Positions 47,975-58,267 of a stretch of 58,491 nucleotides of DNA are shown one piece after another. The DNA lies in IMG/VR virus record IMGVR_UViG_3300027659_000039, positions 1 to 58,491 of that record. One strand, written 5' to 3'. The notes beneath the pieces are model-generated. The model was given only the letters and a program-made list of their open reading frames with translations. It was not told the DNA's origin and did not search any database. The stretch is from a virus (taxonomy: Duplodnaviria; Caudoviricetes). How positions within the stretch are numbered: position 1 is the first letter of the stretch; each line of letters begins with the position of its first letter. A program made the translations under genes and the position numbers.

Positions 47975-49648
47975 TCAACCTAGAAAGGTTATTTTAATGT
48001 ATCCATTACTATTATTAAATGATCCTATGTTAGTTACAGATGATCCATTAAATGTACCAGATGTGTTATATACACCATCACTGGTTGCTACAGCGGTTGC
48101 AGAAGAATCAATATATGAACCCCCACCTATACCTGCGAGATAACTACCGCCCAAACTAGTCTGCCCTCCATGACCTCCTGAATAACCACCGCCGCCACCA
48201 CCTGAATTGTTTCCAAGATGCCCACCACCGCCACCTCCAAAACCACCTGATGCGTTATAACCCGAGAGGTTCATAAAACCGCCAATAGCATACCATGTTC
48301 CTGCCGCATTATCTACAGATCCGCCTATGAACGATGCTCCATGTGTACTGATTTGTCCACCATTTGAATCTGTTGCCGAAACTGCAGATCCAACATTACC
48401 ACTGTAGGGTTGTCCTGCGGTAAGTAGTCCACCACCCCCACCACCATGATATCCACTACCACCCCCACCTAATGCGGGATTGGTACCAAGAACAAGTGGA
48501 GAATAACTATAGCCATCCCATCGTGGTTGTTCTCGAGTTTGACCATTAACAATTGCCTGTGTAGTAATACTGCTATAAGATCCAGCGCCACCACCAGCAA
48601 TTATGATAGGAGTACTTGTGCCCTGCAACACAACAAAACTTCCGCCGCCACCGCCAGCCATTGTGACGCCAGAGTTAGTACTTGGACTACTAGAGATGTT
48701 TACGCTACTACCTGCAATTTGTCCAACCACCATTTCTAACTTATTAGCAGTACTTAATATAAAGTTTCCACGTACTATTGCGCCACGCCCATGACTGTCA
48801 GACGTGGAACCCCAATTACCTCTGCCACCAGCAACTTCAATTTCGTAAATTCCGTTTGTTGGTGGTTGCCAAACCTGATACCCTTGTGCTCGACCCTGTG
48901 AAAAGAAAGCTGCATTACTAGTCCAAGTTTGTGCAGCATAGGTTGCGTCTGCCTGAAGCGAAGCAAATGTTGGTCCAAATCGTCCGCATAGTCCAGCTGA
49001 AGTAAATGTAAATGTAGTAAACGGATACAGAGGAGGGGCAATAACGGATGGATCACTACTTAAGATTGTAGACCCGGCGTAAGAGGTCGGTTGCCTCGCT
49101 ACTATAGCTGATACATTGCTTCTTACATCTAATGCATTTAATTTTTTACCCCATGCACGAACATAGGCAATATCCCCCCTGAAGAAATTACCAGTGCCTG
49201 CACGACTGGCCACATAAGTCCATGTATTGGCAAATGCACCCAATACTCCAGTAACACCACTTGTTGCAGTAAAAGAAATCTGACCAGTCCCAGCAGTAAA
49301 AGTTGTTATGTTGTATCCTGCTACACTGGAAGAATCTGTTGTAAAGGTAAGTCCGCCCCCTGGATTGGAGATAGTAACACTATTTGAATATTTGAGGATA
49401 ACAACACCTGAACCACCAGCACCGGATGATCCTTGTAAATTTCCAGCGTCAGTGTAGCCGTTTCCACCTCCTCCGCTACCAGTATTTGGCGTTCCGCCAG
49501 TTGCATTTAATCCGTTGCGACCTCCATTGCCGCCAATGCTTGAACCGCCTGTTCCAGCTGTTCCTGTGCCACCAAGTTGATAAGCGCCTCCTCCACCACC
49601 GGCTGCACGGGTAACACTTGATCCTGTGATTGAGTTGGCTGTGCCCAC
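47975..49648 (-). CDS. 3' part of frameshifted glycine-rich/LamG-like tail adhesin
   Basis: No plausible own start; continues 49690..51642 once the 41-bp duplication is removed; ends in an ALK/LTK-type glycine-rich domain. Confidence 0.75.
   Translation of the reverse strand: MGTANSITGSSVTRAAGGGGGAYQLGGTGTAGTGGSSIGGNGGRNGLNATGGTPNTGSGGGGNGYTDAGNLQGSSGAGGSGVVILKYSNSVTISNPGGGLTFTTDSSSVAGYNITTFTAGTGQISFTATSGVTGVLGAFANTWTYVASRAGTGNFFRGDIAYVRAWGKKLNALDVRSNVSAIVARQPTSYAGSTILSSDPSVIAPPLYPFTTFTFTSAGLCGRFGPTFASLQADATYAAQTWTSNAAFFSQGRAQGYQVWQPPTNGIYEIEVAGGRGNWGSTSDSHGRGAIVRGNFILSTANKLEMVVGQIAGSSVNISSSPSTNSGVTMAGGGGGSFVVLQGTSTPIIIAGGGAGSYSSITTQAIVNGQTREQPRWDGYSYSPLVLGTNPALGGGGSGYHGGGGGGLLTAGQPYSGNVGSAVSATDSNGGQISTHGASFIGGSVDNAAGTWYAIGGFMNLSGYNASGGFGGGGGGHLGNNSGGGGGGYSGGHGGQTSLGGSYLAGIGGGSYIDSSATAVATSDGVYNTSGTFNGSSVTNIGSFNNSNGYIKITFLG
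49149..49210. repeat. 62-bp exact dispersed repeat, copy 2
   Basis: Identical to 46275-46336. Confidence 0.85.
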
Positions 49649-49689
49649 CCCGCCGCCGCCGGCGGTTGTGGTACCTGATGCAGATATTC

Positions 49690-51642
49690 CTACGCTACCA
49701 GCACCACCGCCACCACCACCAGCAAAAGCAGTGCCTGCACCATTATCATTTCCGTTTCCGCCACTATTACCTCCAACGTAGCCAGGACATTTCCGTTTCC
49801 GCCACTATTACCTCCAACGTAGCCAGGAGCCCCCGAGCGGACTCCTACGGTGCCGCCACCACCTCCACCTGAGGCAAAGGCATTGGTGCTGGCCATGGCA
49901 GACTCTCCCGCCCCGCCACCACCTCCACCGCCAGTGATTGTATTAAAAACAGAATCTATACCTAAATTCCCCACCGCACTAGTAGACGCAAGTCCGCCTG
50001 CACCAATTGTGACTGTGTAGTTTGTGTTGGCAACTAAAGACTGATTGGTGAAATACCGATGTCCGCCAGCACCACCACCACCCAGATGTCCGCCAGCACC
50101 ACCACCGCCGATCACAAGAATATCAACTCCGTTTATATTATCGGTAGTTGCTGATGTAAGGACTGTTACTGCTGTATTTGTAAAAAATTGAGCAGTTGTT
50201 CCGTTAATTAGGGCTTGCCTGCCAGACGAGTCAACTCCATTGACAAACGTTTCTGCAACACTGTTAAATGATGTAGTTGTATTTGGTGTAAAGCCAAACA
50301 ATCTAGGTCCAAATCCTTGCCACATCGACAAATATGTTTTAGCCACAGTGCCGGTGCCATTAGCATTCATTAACAGGGTAATGCCGCCTGTGGCTGTACT
50401 GCCACCAGTACCAGTAGTTTCATATAATATTTGTGCTGTAGTTGTTATTGTAGGAACAGTAATAACTGGTGTAAATGATGAGGATTGGCCGCTAGTTCCG
50501 GTGTTCCCACCTGACCCACTACTCCCACCTAATCCTACTGTCACTGAATAATACCCGGCAGTAGTAATGGACAACGTATTAAAATAACGCAGGCCGCCTG
50601 CACCGCCGCCCCCACCGCCGTGATAAATCAAACTACTTGAGCCACCTCCGCCACCTCCGCCAACAACTAACAATTCAATTGAAGTAGTATTTGTTGCGGT
50701 AAATCTACTGTTTGTTGTAAACGTGTGTATCCACTTATTTCCTGACGCAGTTGTTATTGCACCACCGAGCGCTACTTGTGTTGGGCTATAGTAAGCAGCA
50801 ATAACAACGCCCGATCCACCAGCACCGCCGCTAAAGCTACTATATCCACCACCACCACCACCACCACTATTAGCTATGCCCGCACCACCATTTGCGGAAG
50901 TACCTCCCGCACCGCCACCACCGGTGTTAACTGTACCAACGCCGCCCGATACTGTTTGGTAGCTACTTCCACCACCACCACCACCACCACCGTAGTAAGT
51001 TGGTGTTCCTGTGATATTTAATAATGTGCCTGTACCACCACGTCCTGATGCATAGGTTAAAACGGACAACTGGCTATTTCCTCCTGGGCCGCCTGATCCG
51101 CCACCTCCGCCTGCGCCCCAATCTGTTCCAAAAGCATATCCTGCAGGAGTACCGGATGCTCCTCCGCCGTAACCTTCAATTGGAGTAAATTGTCCAATAT
51201 TACCGGTTGTAGAAGTTGCGTTTCTAATACTCCCACCGCCGGATCCGCCTGCGTATCCTACTTGGTCGACTCCTACAGCGGCTCCACTACCAGCGCCTGC
51301 TCCACCGCCACTAGCACTAATATTGTTCTGAAGACTACTCCAATAAGCATAATCTATAAATTCAGGCCGATAGCCAATTTCTAATGTTACAGCTGAGTAG
51401 GCATTAAAATTAATTGCATTGGCGCTACGTGCATACTGATCAGTGCCGTTAAAGGTTAGATATGTACCAGTAGTTCCGTTTTGCGTATAAGTCGGTGTAT
51501 TGAATAATGTAAAGTGGTTTCTGTTAGGTGACAGATCATTCCATGTTGACCCTGATCCCGGATAACTTCTAGGATTGACTGCATCTAAATAAAATATTAG
51601 ATCAGCTACATTAGTTAAGTTAGTATTTCTTGTAATTGCCAT
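49690..51642 (-). CDS. 5' part of frameshifted glycine-rich/LamG-like tail adhesin
   Basis: LamG-like scaffold with glycine-rich inserts; the last ~32 residues are out-of-frame read-through after the duplication. Confidence 0.8.
   Translation of the reverse strand: MAITRNTNLTNVADLIFYLDAVNPRSYPGSGSTWNDLSPNRNHFTLFNTPTYTQNGTTGTYLTFNGTDQYARSANAINFNAYSAVTLEIGYRPEFIDYAYWSSLQNNISASGGGAGAGSGAAVGVDQVGYAGGSGGGSIRNATSTTGNIGQFTPIEGYGGGASGTPAGYAFGTDWGAGGGGGSGGPGGNSQLSVLTYASGRGGTGTLLNITGTPTYYGGGGGGGGSSYQTVSGGVGTVNTGGGGAGGTSANGGAGIANSGGGGGGGYSSFSGGAGGSGVVIAAYYSPTQVALGGAITTASGNKWIHTFTTNSRFTATNTTSIELLVVGGGGGGGSSSLIYHGGGGGGAGGLRYFNTLSITTAGYYSVTVGLGGSSGSGGNTGTSGQSSSFTPVITVPTITTTAQILYETTGTGGSTATGGITLLMNANGTGTVAKTYLSMWQGFGPRLFGFTPNTTTSFNSVAETFVNGVDSSGRQALINGTTAQFFTNTAVTVLTSATTDNINGVDILVIGGGGAGGHLGGGGAGGHRYFTNQSLVANTNYTVTIGAGGLASTSAVGNLGIDSVFNTITGGGGGGGAGESAMASTNAFASGGGGGGTVGVRSGAPGYVGGNSGGNGNVLATLEVIVAETEMIMVQALLLLVVVAVVLVA
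49747..49828. repeat. exact 41-bp tandem duplication causing a frameshift
   Basis: catttccgtttccgccactattacctccaacgtagccagga at 49747-49787 and 49788-49828. Confidence 0.95.
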
Positions 51643-51645
51643 ATA

Positions 51646-53352
51646 TTATGCTCGCCATTGAATCGTTACTGACCCGTTGCCGCCTGCACCAACAATGGCG
51701 CCTGCTGTGCCACCGCCACCAACTGTATTTGATATGTATAGCGTAGCGCCAGACAGTGTATCTACTGCGGAGGTAATAAAACTCCATCCACCTTGCCCTG
51801 CTCTCCCCCAAGTAGTAGCATTATTAATACCGCCCTCGCCACCTAGATGGCCACCGCCGCCACCGCCTCCGGGACTTTGGCGTTGAACAGTACCACCGCC
51901 GCCTCCACCACCACCACCACCACCACCTCCAAAACCACCAGCACCGCCAATGTATCCACTGGAACTCCCTCCAGCAGAACCCGTAGCAGTTCCAAAGCCA
52001 CCACCACCACCAGATCCCCCGTTGTCCCCAGTTGAAGTCCCTCCGTTGCCACCGCCTGTTCCCGAGCCGTTTGTACCTGCACATCCTTGATCTTGACTTC
52101 CTGCAACTCCCCCTGCAGCAGATAATATGCTAGTGGCTGTTGATTGGCCGCCCTGCTTGCTTGCTACACCTGTACTGACAACTGGAGTTTCAATTGTGCC
52201 TCCAGTTCCCCCACCACCACCACCACTACTAATTAAATGTGTTGTTGATCGTAACACTCCAGAAAACCCACCACCGCCACCCGAACCTCTTGTAACAGCT
52301 CCGGCACCACCGCCACCTCCTACAATAACTGACAATGTTTCTCCTGAAGTAACACTGATCCATCCTATTATTCGTCCACCGGCACCTCCAACTGTTCCAA
52401 CGCTCCCGTTATCCATACTACTATTACCAGATCCCCCACCGCCGCCTGCGTTGGCTGTTACATATAACCATGTTACCCCAGTTGGTACAGTAATACTCTG
52501 ATTAGCACCTGTATAAGTATAAGAATTAGTATTAGTTAAAGATGCCACTGATGGGGGTCCACTAACTCCATCAGACGTTATTAGACTAATTGTACTCGAA
52601 TTATAATTTAAAATATACTTTAATTGATTATTATATGCGTTATTTGTAATGTCACTTGCAGGTGCTTTATACCCAAATGCTCTTATCCACGCAATATCAC
52701 CTTGATAAAAATAACTAGCACCGTTTCGACTTGCTATATAAGTGTAGGTATTGGCAAAGGATAGCCCCGCAGTAGTTGCAGTCGAAACAGATGTGATATT
52801 GGTGTTGGTAAAATACGGCAATTGAGCATTATCAACGTAAGAATTTCTACCAGTTGGGTCTGTTGAATTGACAAATACTTCGGATACAGAATTAAATCCG
52901 CCAGCAGTGGGAGTAAACCCAAACAATCTGTACCCATAACCTTGCCATTGCGATATATATCTATTTGTAACGGTGCCTGTACTGTTAGTATTCATCAATA
53001 ACGAAATACCACCTGTTATAGTACTTCCGGCTGTACCAGTAGTTTCGTATATAATCTGCTGACTGGTGCTAATTGTTCTAAAACCAATTTCTAAAGTTAT
53101 TGCAGAATATGCACTGAAATTTATTGCATTGGCGCTACGTGCGTATTGGTTAGTTCCGTTAAAAGTTAGGTAGGAACCAGTAGACGCAACAGTTGTATAA
53201 GTCGGTGTATTGTATAGAGTAAAGTGATTACCGTTGCCTGATATATCTGTCCATATTGAACCAGTGCCTGGATAACTCTTGGAGTTAGATGCGTCTACAT
53301 AAAATATTAAACTTGTTGCACCAGTTAGTCGAGGATTGTAATGCTGTGCCAT
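51646..53352 (-). CDS. tail adhesin: LamG-like scaffold plus glycine-rich domain
   Basis: Paralogous N-terminal ~260 aa; C-terminal GGGG-rich domain; GAGGAG RBS. Confidence 0.8.
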   Translation of the reverse strand: MAQHYNPRLTGATSLIFYVDASNSKSYPGTGSIWTDISGNGNHFTLYNTPTYTTVASTGSYLTFNGTNQYARSANAINFSAYSAITLEIGFRTISTSQQIIYETTGTAGSTITGGISLLMNTNSTGTVTNRYISQWQGYGYRLFGFTPTAGGFNSVSEVFVNSTDPTGRNSYVDNAQLPYFTNTNITSVSTATTAGLSFANTYTYIASRNGASYFYQGDIAWIRAFGYKAPASDITNNAYNNQLKYILNYNSSTISLITSDGVSGPPSVASLTNTNSYTYTGANQSITVPTGVTWLYVTANAGGGGGSGNSSMDNGSVGTVGGAGGRIIGWISVTSGETLSVIVGGGGGAGAVTRGSGGGGGFSGVLRSTTHLISSGGGGGGTGGTIETPVVSTGVASKQGGQSTATSILSAAGGVAGSQDQGCAGTNGSGTGGGNGGTSTGDNGGSGGGGGFGTATGSAGGSSSGYIGGAGGFGGGGGGGGGGGGGTVQRQSPGGGGGGGHLGGEGGINNATTWGRAGQGGWSFITSAVDTLSGATLYISNTVGGGGTAGAIVGAGGNGSVTIQWRA

Positions 53353-53362
53353 TCGCTACTCC

Positions 53363-55378
53363 TCACTTGTTAAACTCTACAATAAGTTTTCCTGTATCTT
53401 TACGTTCGCCGTAGACTGTGTAATAACAATCTATAGTATTAGATGTTGATCCTACTACAACTTGATTATTGATAATGCTCTGTACCCATAATTCTTGATA
53501 TTGTCCCACAGGTGTTAACGTAGCGGTAATTGTATTTTCGTCAACTAGTCCAGTCCAATAGTCAGGCAGGTCAATTATGTCAACATTGGACAATCGCCCA
53601 CGGACATATACACCGTTTTCAGGACCTTCTAAACTGCCGTACTGTAAACTCATATTAGGTTTAGTCGGATGGTCTATTAAGAATGACTTGCTAGTAGCAA
53701 CTAGACTACCGCCAATGTAGACATTACCGCCAACCCCAACGCCACCTAATACCTGCAGGGCACCTGTGTTGGTACTTGTGCTTGCGGTTCCCGGAACAAC
53801 AGTTACAGTTCCTGTATTATTTGCCGTGACAATTCTGATATTTTTTCCCAGTCCTGTGCCGCTAGCTTGTACACCCATAGTAAGTGTGCCAGCTGTTGTT
53901 GACCAATCTAATACAGCACGCTCGTAGTTAGTGGGAGTTGTGTAGGCAGCTGTGCCACCATCTGTATTGTATACATATAAACTAGCAGGCGTAGTAGTTT
54001 GTCTCCTAATGCCAATTATGCCGGCTGCACCATCACGACCCATGTAAACATCACTCCAACTCATCGATGATGTTTGAGGCCATGTCCATAGTCCCGAAAC
54101 GTTACTGCTCCACCCGGCGGATCCAGTACCACCTTGGACAAATAAAGCATTCATTATGTTTCCGTCAGTATTATTGATATAAACATAGTTTTGACTGCTA
54201 TCGTACCCTAGTCCTGCGTTGGCCACTGCACCGTAAATGTCACCACTTCTAGCAGTTGGTCCCTTGACTTGAAATGCTGGTCTTGCTCGTGCAGCATTGA
54301 AATTAGATGAAAGGTCGTTACTATAAAAATAATTTGATCTAATTTGCCCCCAACTACGGATGTCTCCGGCAACGTTTAAATCACCACGGCTGGCTATGCC
54401 TCCTTGAACTACTAGTGCGCCAGTTGAACTGCTAAAACTCACTGTGGGATAGTTTATAGCTACATTTATTGGATAATTAGCGTCAGGAAACGGACTAGTT
54501 GGTGGTATAAAAGTGGCAGTATATCTAGCCACATCTCGAGTGATGCGTAGTTCGTCTATGCGGCCGTTCCACCTGTAGTTTACTGTATCAGGATATGCAC
54601 CAACTTTCCACGGTCCGCTAACTACCTCAGTACTAGAGAGTGTAGTTGTCTGTAGAATTCCGTTGACAAAGAATCTTATAACACCGTTAGATCTTGAAGC
54701 GGCAATATGATACCATACGTTGGCCGTGAAATACAATCCTTGATTCCAGTTGAATGATGTTGAACCATTATATGTGCTGAAATTAATTTGTTGACTATTG
54801 TAGATGTAGAACATCCAAAGTGTACCACTTACTGTATCTCTAGATAACAGCGTTCTATTTATACCCGAACCGCCTTCGTTGGCATCATAACTAAACCACA
54901 TCTCTATGGTAAAGTCCCCAGCCATTTGCGGATCCGGTAAACCGTAATTTCCTATTCTAACGTAATTGTTAACACTGGTTCCCGGAAATCTAATTGCACC
55001 GCTGTTGCCGCGGGCACCGGCAAATGTTCCTGTTGTAAAGGAAACTGTTCCCACACTGAACAAGGTAGCAGTTGTGCCCCCGGGAGCACTGTTTTCAACA
55101 TTGCCGTCGAAGTGCATGAGCACATCTACTTTGTTAAAAAAAGGATCGTATGCTTGGGTATCTAGAGGTTGTGCGCCAAATACAGTACTACCAGTTACTG
55201 TAAAAGAAGAAGTAGATACTGTCCCTAGAATAGGAATTTCAGACCACTGTACAGCACCGTTATAAAACAGACTTTTGTAAAGTTTATTTGTAGTGGGGTT
55301 ATACCACTCATCCCCTAATGCAACCTGCGGGGGAGGAGTTGTACTGACAATCTGCTGAATACTCTGTCTTGATGACAT
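53363..55378 (-). CDS. tail fibre protein with LamG domain
   Basis: LMHFDG, DFTIEMW, WYHIAASR, GRIDELRIT; STSTNTGAL.V.GG repeats; C-terminal KSFLIDHP...SLEGPENGVY. Confidence 0.8.
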   Translation of the reverse strand: MSSRQSIQQIVSTTPPPQVALGDEWYNPTTNKLYKSLFYNGAVQWSEIPILGTVSTSSFTVTGSTVFGAQPLDTQAYDPFFNKVDVLMHFDGNVENSAPGGTTATLFSVGTVSFTTGTFAGARGNSGAIRFPGTSVNNYVRIGNYGLPDPQMAGDFTIEMWFSYDANEGGSGINRTLLSRDTVSGTLWMFYIYNSQQINFSTYNGSTSFNWNQGLYFTANVWYHIAASRSNGVIRFFVNGILQTTTLSSTEVVSGPWKVGAYPDTVNYRWNGRIDELRITRDVARYTATFIPPTSPFPDANYPINVAINYPTVSFSSSTGALVVQGGIASRGDLNVAGDIRSWGQIRSNYFYSNDLSSNFNAARARPAFQVKGPTARSGDIYGAVANAGLGYDSSQNYVYINNTDGNIMNALFVQGGTGSAGWSSNVSGLWTWPQTSSMSWSDVYMGRDGAAGIIGIRRQTTTPASLYVYNTDGGTAAYTTPTNYERAVLDWSTTAGTLTMGVQASGTGLGKNIRIVTANNTGTVTVVPGTASTSTNTGALQVLGGVGVGGNVYIGGSLVATSKSFLIDHPTKPNMSLQYGSLEGPENGVYVRGRLSNVDIIDLPDYWTGLVDENTITATLTPVGQYQELWVQSIINNQVVVGSTSNTIDCYYTVYGERKDTGKLIVEFNK

Positions 55379-55399
55379 CTAATATATTCCGATCTAAAA

Positions 55400-58261
55400 T
55401 TAAGCCTGAGCTTCTGTCCAGTTAATACGTGCGTTGATAGAGTTACTAGTTACGGCTGTTACGTTAGTGGCGCATACTGTAATAATGTCCGGACCGTCTG
55501 GATACAAGTTTTGGAAACCTGTAGGAGCACTTAATGTGTTACCACCACCTAAAATACTATTACCCAGATCTCGAACTAATTCCAAGCCTTGATCAGTACT
55601 ACCCGGGGTAGTTGTAAAGAATCCATAAACAGTTTCACCGCCTGTGACAGTCTGTCCACTGGTGTGGAACGCAACCTGCGCTAGACTAGAACCACCAGCA
55701 GACACAAATGAGCCGCCGCTCAATCGACCATTTAAACGCAGAGACACAAAGAAGCTCATACTTGTACCAGTGGAGAATGCAGCCATTGTACGCAGGGTTA
55801 ACTGCATACGATTGATAAGCTCTCGTGCGCCCAATAATCCAGTAACACCGCTGTCAACGCTAGGTGATACACGAATACTGATTAATGGTTGTGTTACACC
55901 TGCTCCAATGTTGTTAATAGCAGTGGTCATACCAGCTACGAAGATCAAAGATTTATCATCATCGTAACGTCCATCCATGATAACGCTAGAACCCCAGTGA
56001 CTGATGGTTGCTGCGACTGACGGCGCCCACAATGCCACACTAATCGGTATAGTAGTACTTGTGGTAAAAGTAGTGGCAGTGGCAGAACCTCCACCACTGC
56101 TGAATCCGCCTGGGCCCGACAAGTTGGTTACATTCCGTGTAAGACCGTTTAGAGTATTTCCAGTCTTACTGGTATAGTTAATATACTCGACTATGTTATT
56201 GGTAGCAGTTGTTCCCCCTGCTGTTAATATCACTGTACCGGTATTAGGCCAGTAAGTAGTATCTGCTAATGCAAGTCCACTAGTTGCACCACTGGCAAGC
56301 GTAGTTGACAATACAGTGTTTAACACGCTTGTATTACATTCATATCGAGCAGGCAGGTTACCTGAACGCATGTATGCTTCTGTTCTTAAGTTAGCGTTGG
56401 CAATTCTATGGCAGTAAATTACTTCGCCGCGTTGATTCTTAGCACCAAAACGGATTGCACCTGCACCGTACCAGCTGTAGTCAATGTACCACATCTGCAT
56501 TCTAGTTAGATCTAACGAAAATGCACTTGAGCCAGTACCGTCGAGACGATCAATATTCCACTGACTTTGTGGAATTTTAACATCTGTTGTCTTACTGATA
56601 ATGCAACCGGTATCAATACTTGTACCTCTGTATTCTGGATATATATGCATTGAAGTGTCGCTTGCAATGTTTATGACTGTGTAACTCATCCCTCGAATTA
56701 CAATATTGTCAAATGGTTTTAACTGTGTTGAAAATTTTGTGCCGATACCGTTAATTGCCTGTGACCCGAGAGCAACTGAACACCTACCACTGAGTTGGTC
56801 AGTGCTGGATCGACGGCAGGCAAACAGTGTCTGTCCGTCAAATTCAAAGAAAAAGCCATTTTGATTGTCAAACATTCCGGCTCGTACTGCTGAACCAAAC
56901 CAAGACCAAGGACCCACTGTGATAGGAAATCCAGTTGCAGGTGTTGCACTTGGAGTTGTATAAGCATTATAGGTAAATGTTAATTCATCTGTGATAGATA
57001 CAACAATGTAGATACCATTGTAGGCAGTTTCGTTGCAACCACTTACTCTAATATTGGCACCCACATTGATATTGTGGGGTTGTTTGCATGTTACTGTGAC
57101 TACGGCGCCACTTGATGTAACGTTGTCAACTTGAAAAACAGGTTTAAACATACTACCAGTGGAGAACTGCATACCCTTACCCGATTGGTAACGGAAGTAA
57201 CGTCTTGTTTGACGAATAACTTGATTGCCCGGATACGGAAGTCCTGTACTAAATTGCACACCGCCATCAAACGGCCTATGTGAAACAAATCCCCATGGCC
57301 TTGCATACAGAGATGCAGTTGCGCCCGCACTCAATGTAATAGTACCGGAAGGCGTATTAACCATATCAAATGTAAATGTATTTGAAGTGGGTACAGTTTT
57401 AATGACCCAGCTGCCGTTCGGTGGGTTACTAGAACTGATAGTCGTGCCCGTAACAAAGATTGCATCACCCGCAGTAAATCCGTGAGCAAATGTACAGTTA
57501 ACTAGAATTGTTGTGCCAGATACAATCGACATGGATGAGCATGGGACACCGGCACCTGTATAGAGCTGGCATAGATACATGTATGTTTTTGTAGGATCAA
57601 AAATACTGCCGGCTGAAACAGTAGATTTAGCAGTAAATGTGATCTGTGTACTGCCGTTCTGCGAGTCTATAACAAAGAATCCGTTGGCAGCTGGGTTCAA
57701 GCTGTCAACTATGTACATAATACTGGCTCCCGCAGTAAGTCCGGTAAGTCCTGTGCCGGTTACTGTGATAGTTCTCGCACCAGCACTGCTCATTGCAGAT
57801 AAAACATACGGCGTAGTGGCATCAAAGAAAACGCTGGGTCGATTATTCATCAAGTGAATACTTTCCCACTTGGTTGGCTGTGTACCGTATTCAAAGTCAG
57901 TGTCAATCAACGCTTGCGGTTGACTTACACGCATTTTACCAACAGGGTCAAAGAATGTTTCGGCTGGTTGGAAACTTTCGTTAACTTCTTCATAGAGTAT
58001 ACTGATCTTATCAGTGGCACTCATTGCTGTAGTATTGTAGGTCAATATGATTGTAGCAGTTTCAGTTCCGCTAACACTGTCTATTGCATTAGTTAAACTA
58101 ACAACACCCAAGTTAGGGTCACTGAAATTATAAATTACAGTGCCTCGTGTTACGTTTGTGATCAACAATAGTTGTTCTGCACGAATTGTTTTACCAGTTA
58201 CCACGATAGTTTTCGTACCTGGTGTAAATGTGTACGATTCTAATATTACATGTTTTGCCAT
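55400..58261 (-). CDS. large virion structural (tail/baseplate-associated) protein
   Basis: 953 aa, S/T/G-rich beta repeats; RQTRRYFRYQSGKG motif; structural context. Confidence 0.7.
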   Translation of the reverse strand: MAKHVILESYTFTPGTKTIVVTGKTIRAEQLLLITNVTRGTVIYNFSDPNLGVVSLTNAIDSVSGTETATIILTYNTTAMSATDKISILYEEVNESFQPAETFFDPVGKMRVSQPQALIDTDFEYGTQPTKWESIHLMNNRPSVFFDATTPYVLSAMSSAGARTITVTGTGLTGLTAGASIMYIVDSLNPAANGFFVIDSQNGSTQITFTAKSTVSAGSIFDPTKTYMYLCQLYTGAGVPCSSMSIVSGTTILVNCTFAHGFTAGDAIFVTGTTISSSNPPNGSWVIKTVPTSNTFTFDMVNTPSGTITLSAGATASLYARPWGFVSHRPFDGGVQFSTGLPYPGNQVIRQTRRYFRYQSGKGMQFSTGSMFKPVFQVDNVTSSGAVVTVTCKQPHNINVGANIRVSGCNETAYNGIYIVVSITDELTFTYNAYTTPSATPATGFPITVGPWSWFGSAVRAGMFDNQNGFFFEFDGQTLFACRRSSTDQLSGRCSVALGSQAINGIGTKFSTQLKPFDNIVIRGMSYTVINIASDTSMHIYPEYRGTSIDTGCIISKTTDVKIPQSQWNIDRLDGTGSSAFSLDLTRMQMWYIDYSWYGAGAIRFGAKNQRGEVIYCHRIANANLRTEAYMRSGNLPARYECNTSVLNTVLSTTLASGATSGLALADTTYWPNTGTVILTAGGTTATNNIVEYINYTSKTGNTLNGLTRNVTNLSGPGGFSSGGGSATATTFTTSTTIPISVALWAPSVAATISHWGSSVIMDGRYDDDKSLIFVAGMTTAINNIGAGVTQPLISIRVSPSVDSGVTGLLGARELINRMQLTLRTMAAFSTGTSMSFFVSLRLNGRLSGGSFVSAGGSSLAQVAFHTSGQTVTGGETVYGFFTTTPGSTDQGLELVRDLGNSILGGGNTLSAPTGFQNLYPDGPDIITVCATNVTAVTSNSINARINWTEAQA

Positions 58262-58267
58262 TTTTCT

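Noticed and set aside
47975-52450. (CCA/CCG)n runs as microsatellites
   Set aside because: They are glycine codons of the glycine-rich domains on the - strand
7291-58096. Numerous 60-150 aa antisense or alternate-frame ORFs in the track (e.g. 7291..7578, 25421..25864, 52127..52501)
   Set aside because: They lie within well-supported genes and lack RBS, promoter motifs or recognisable domains
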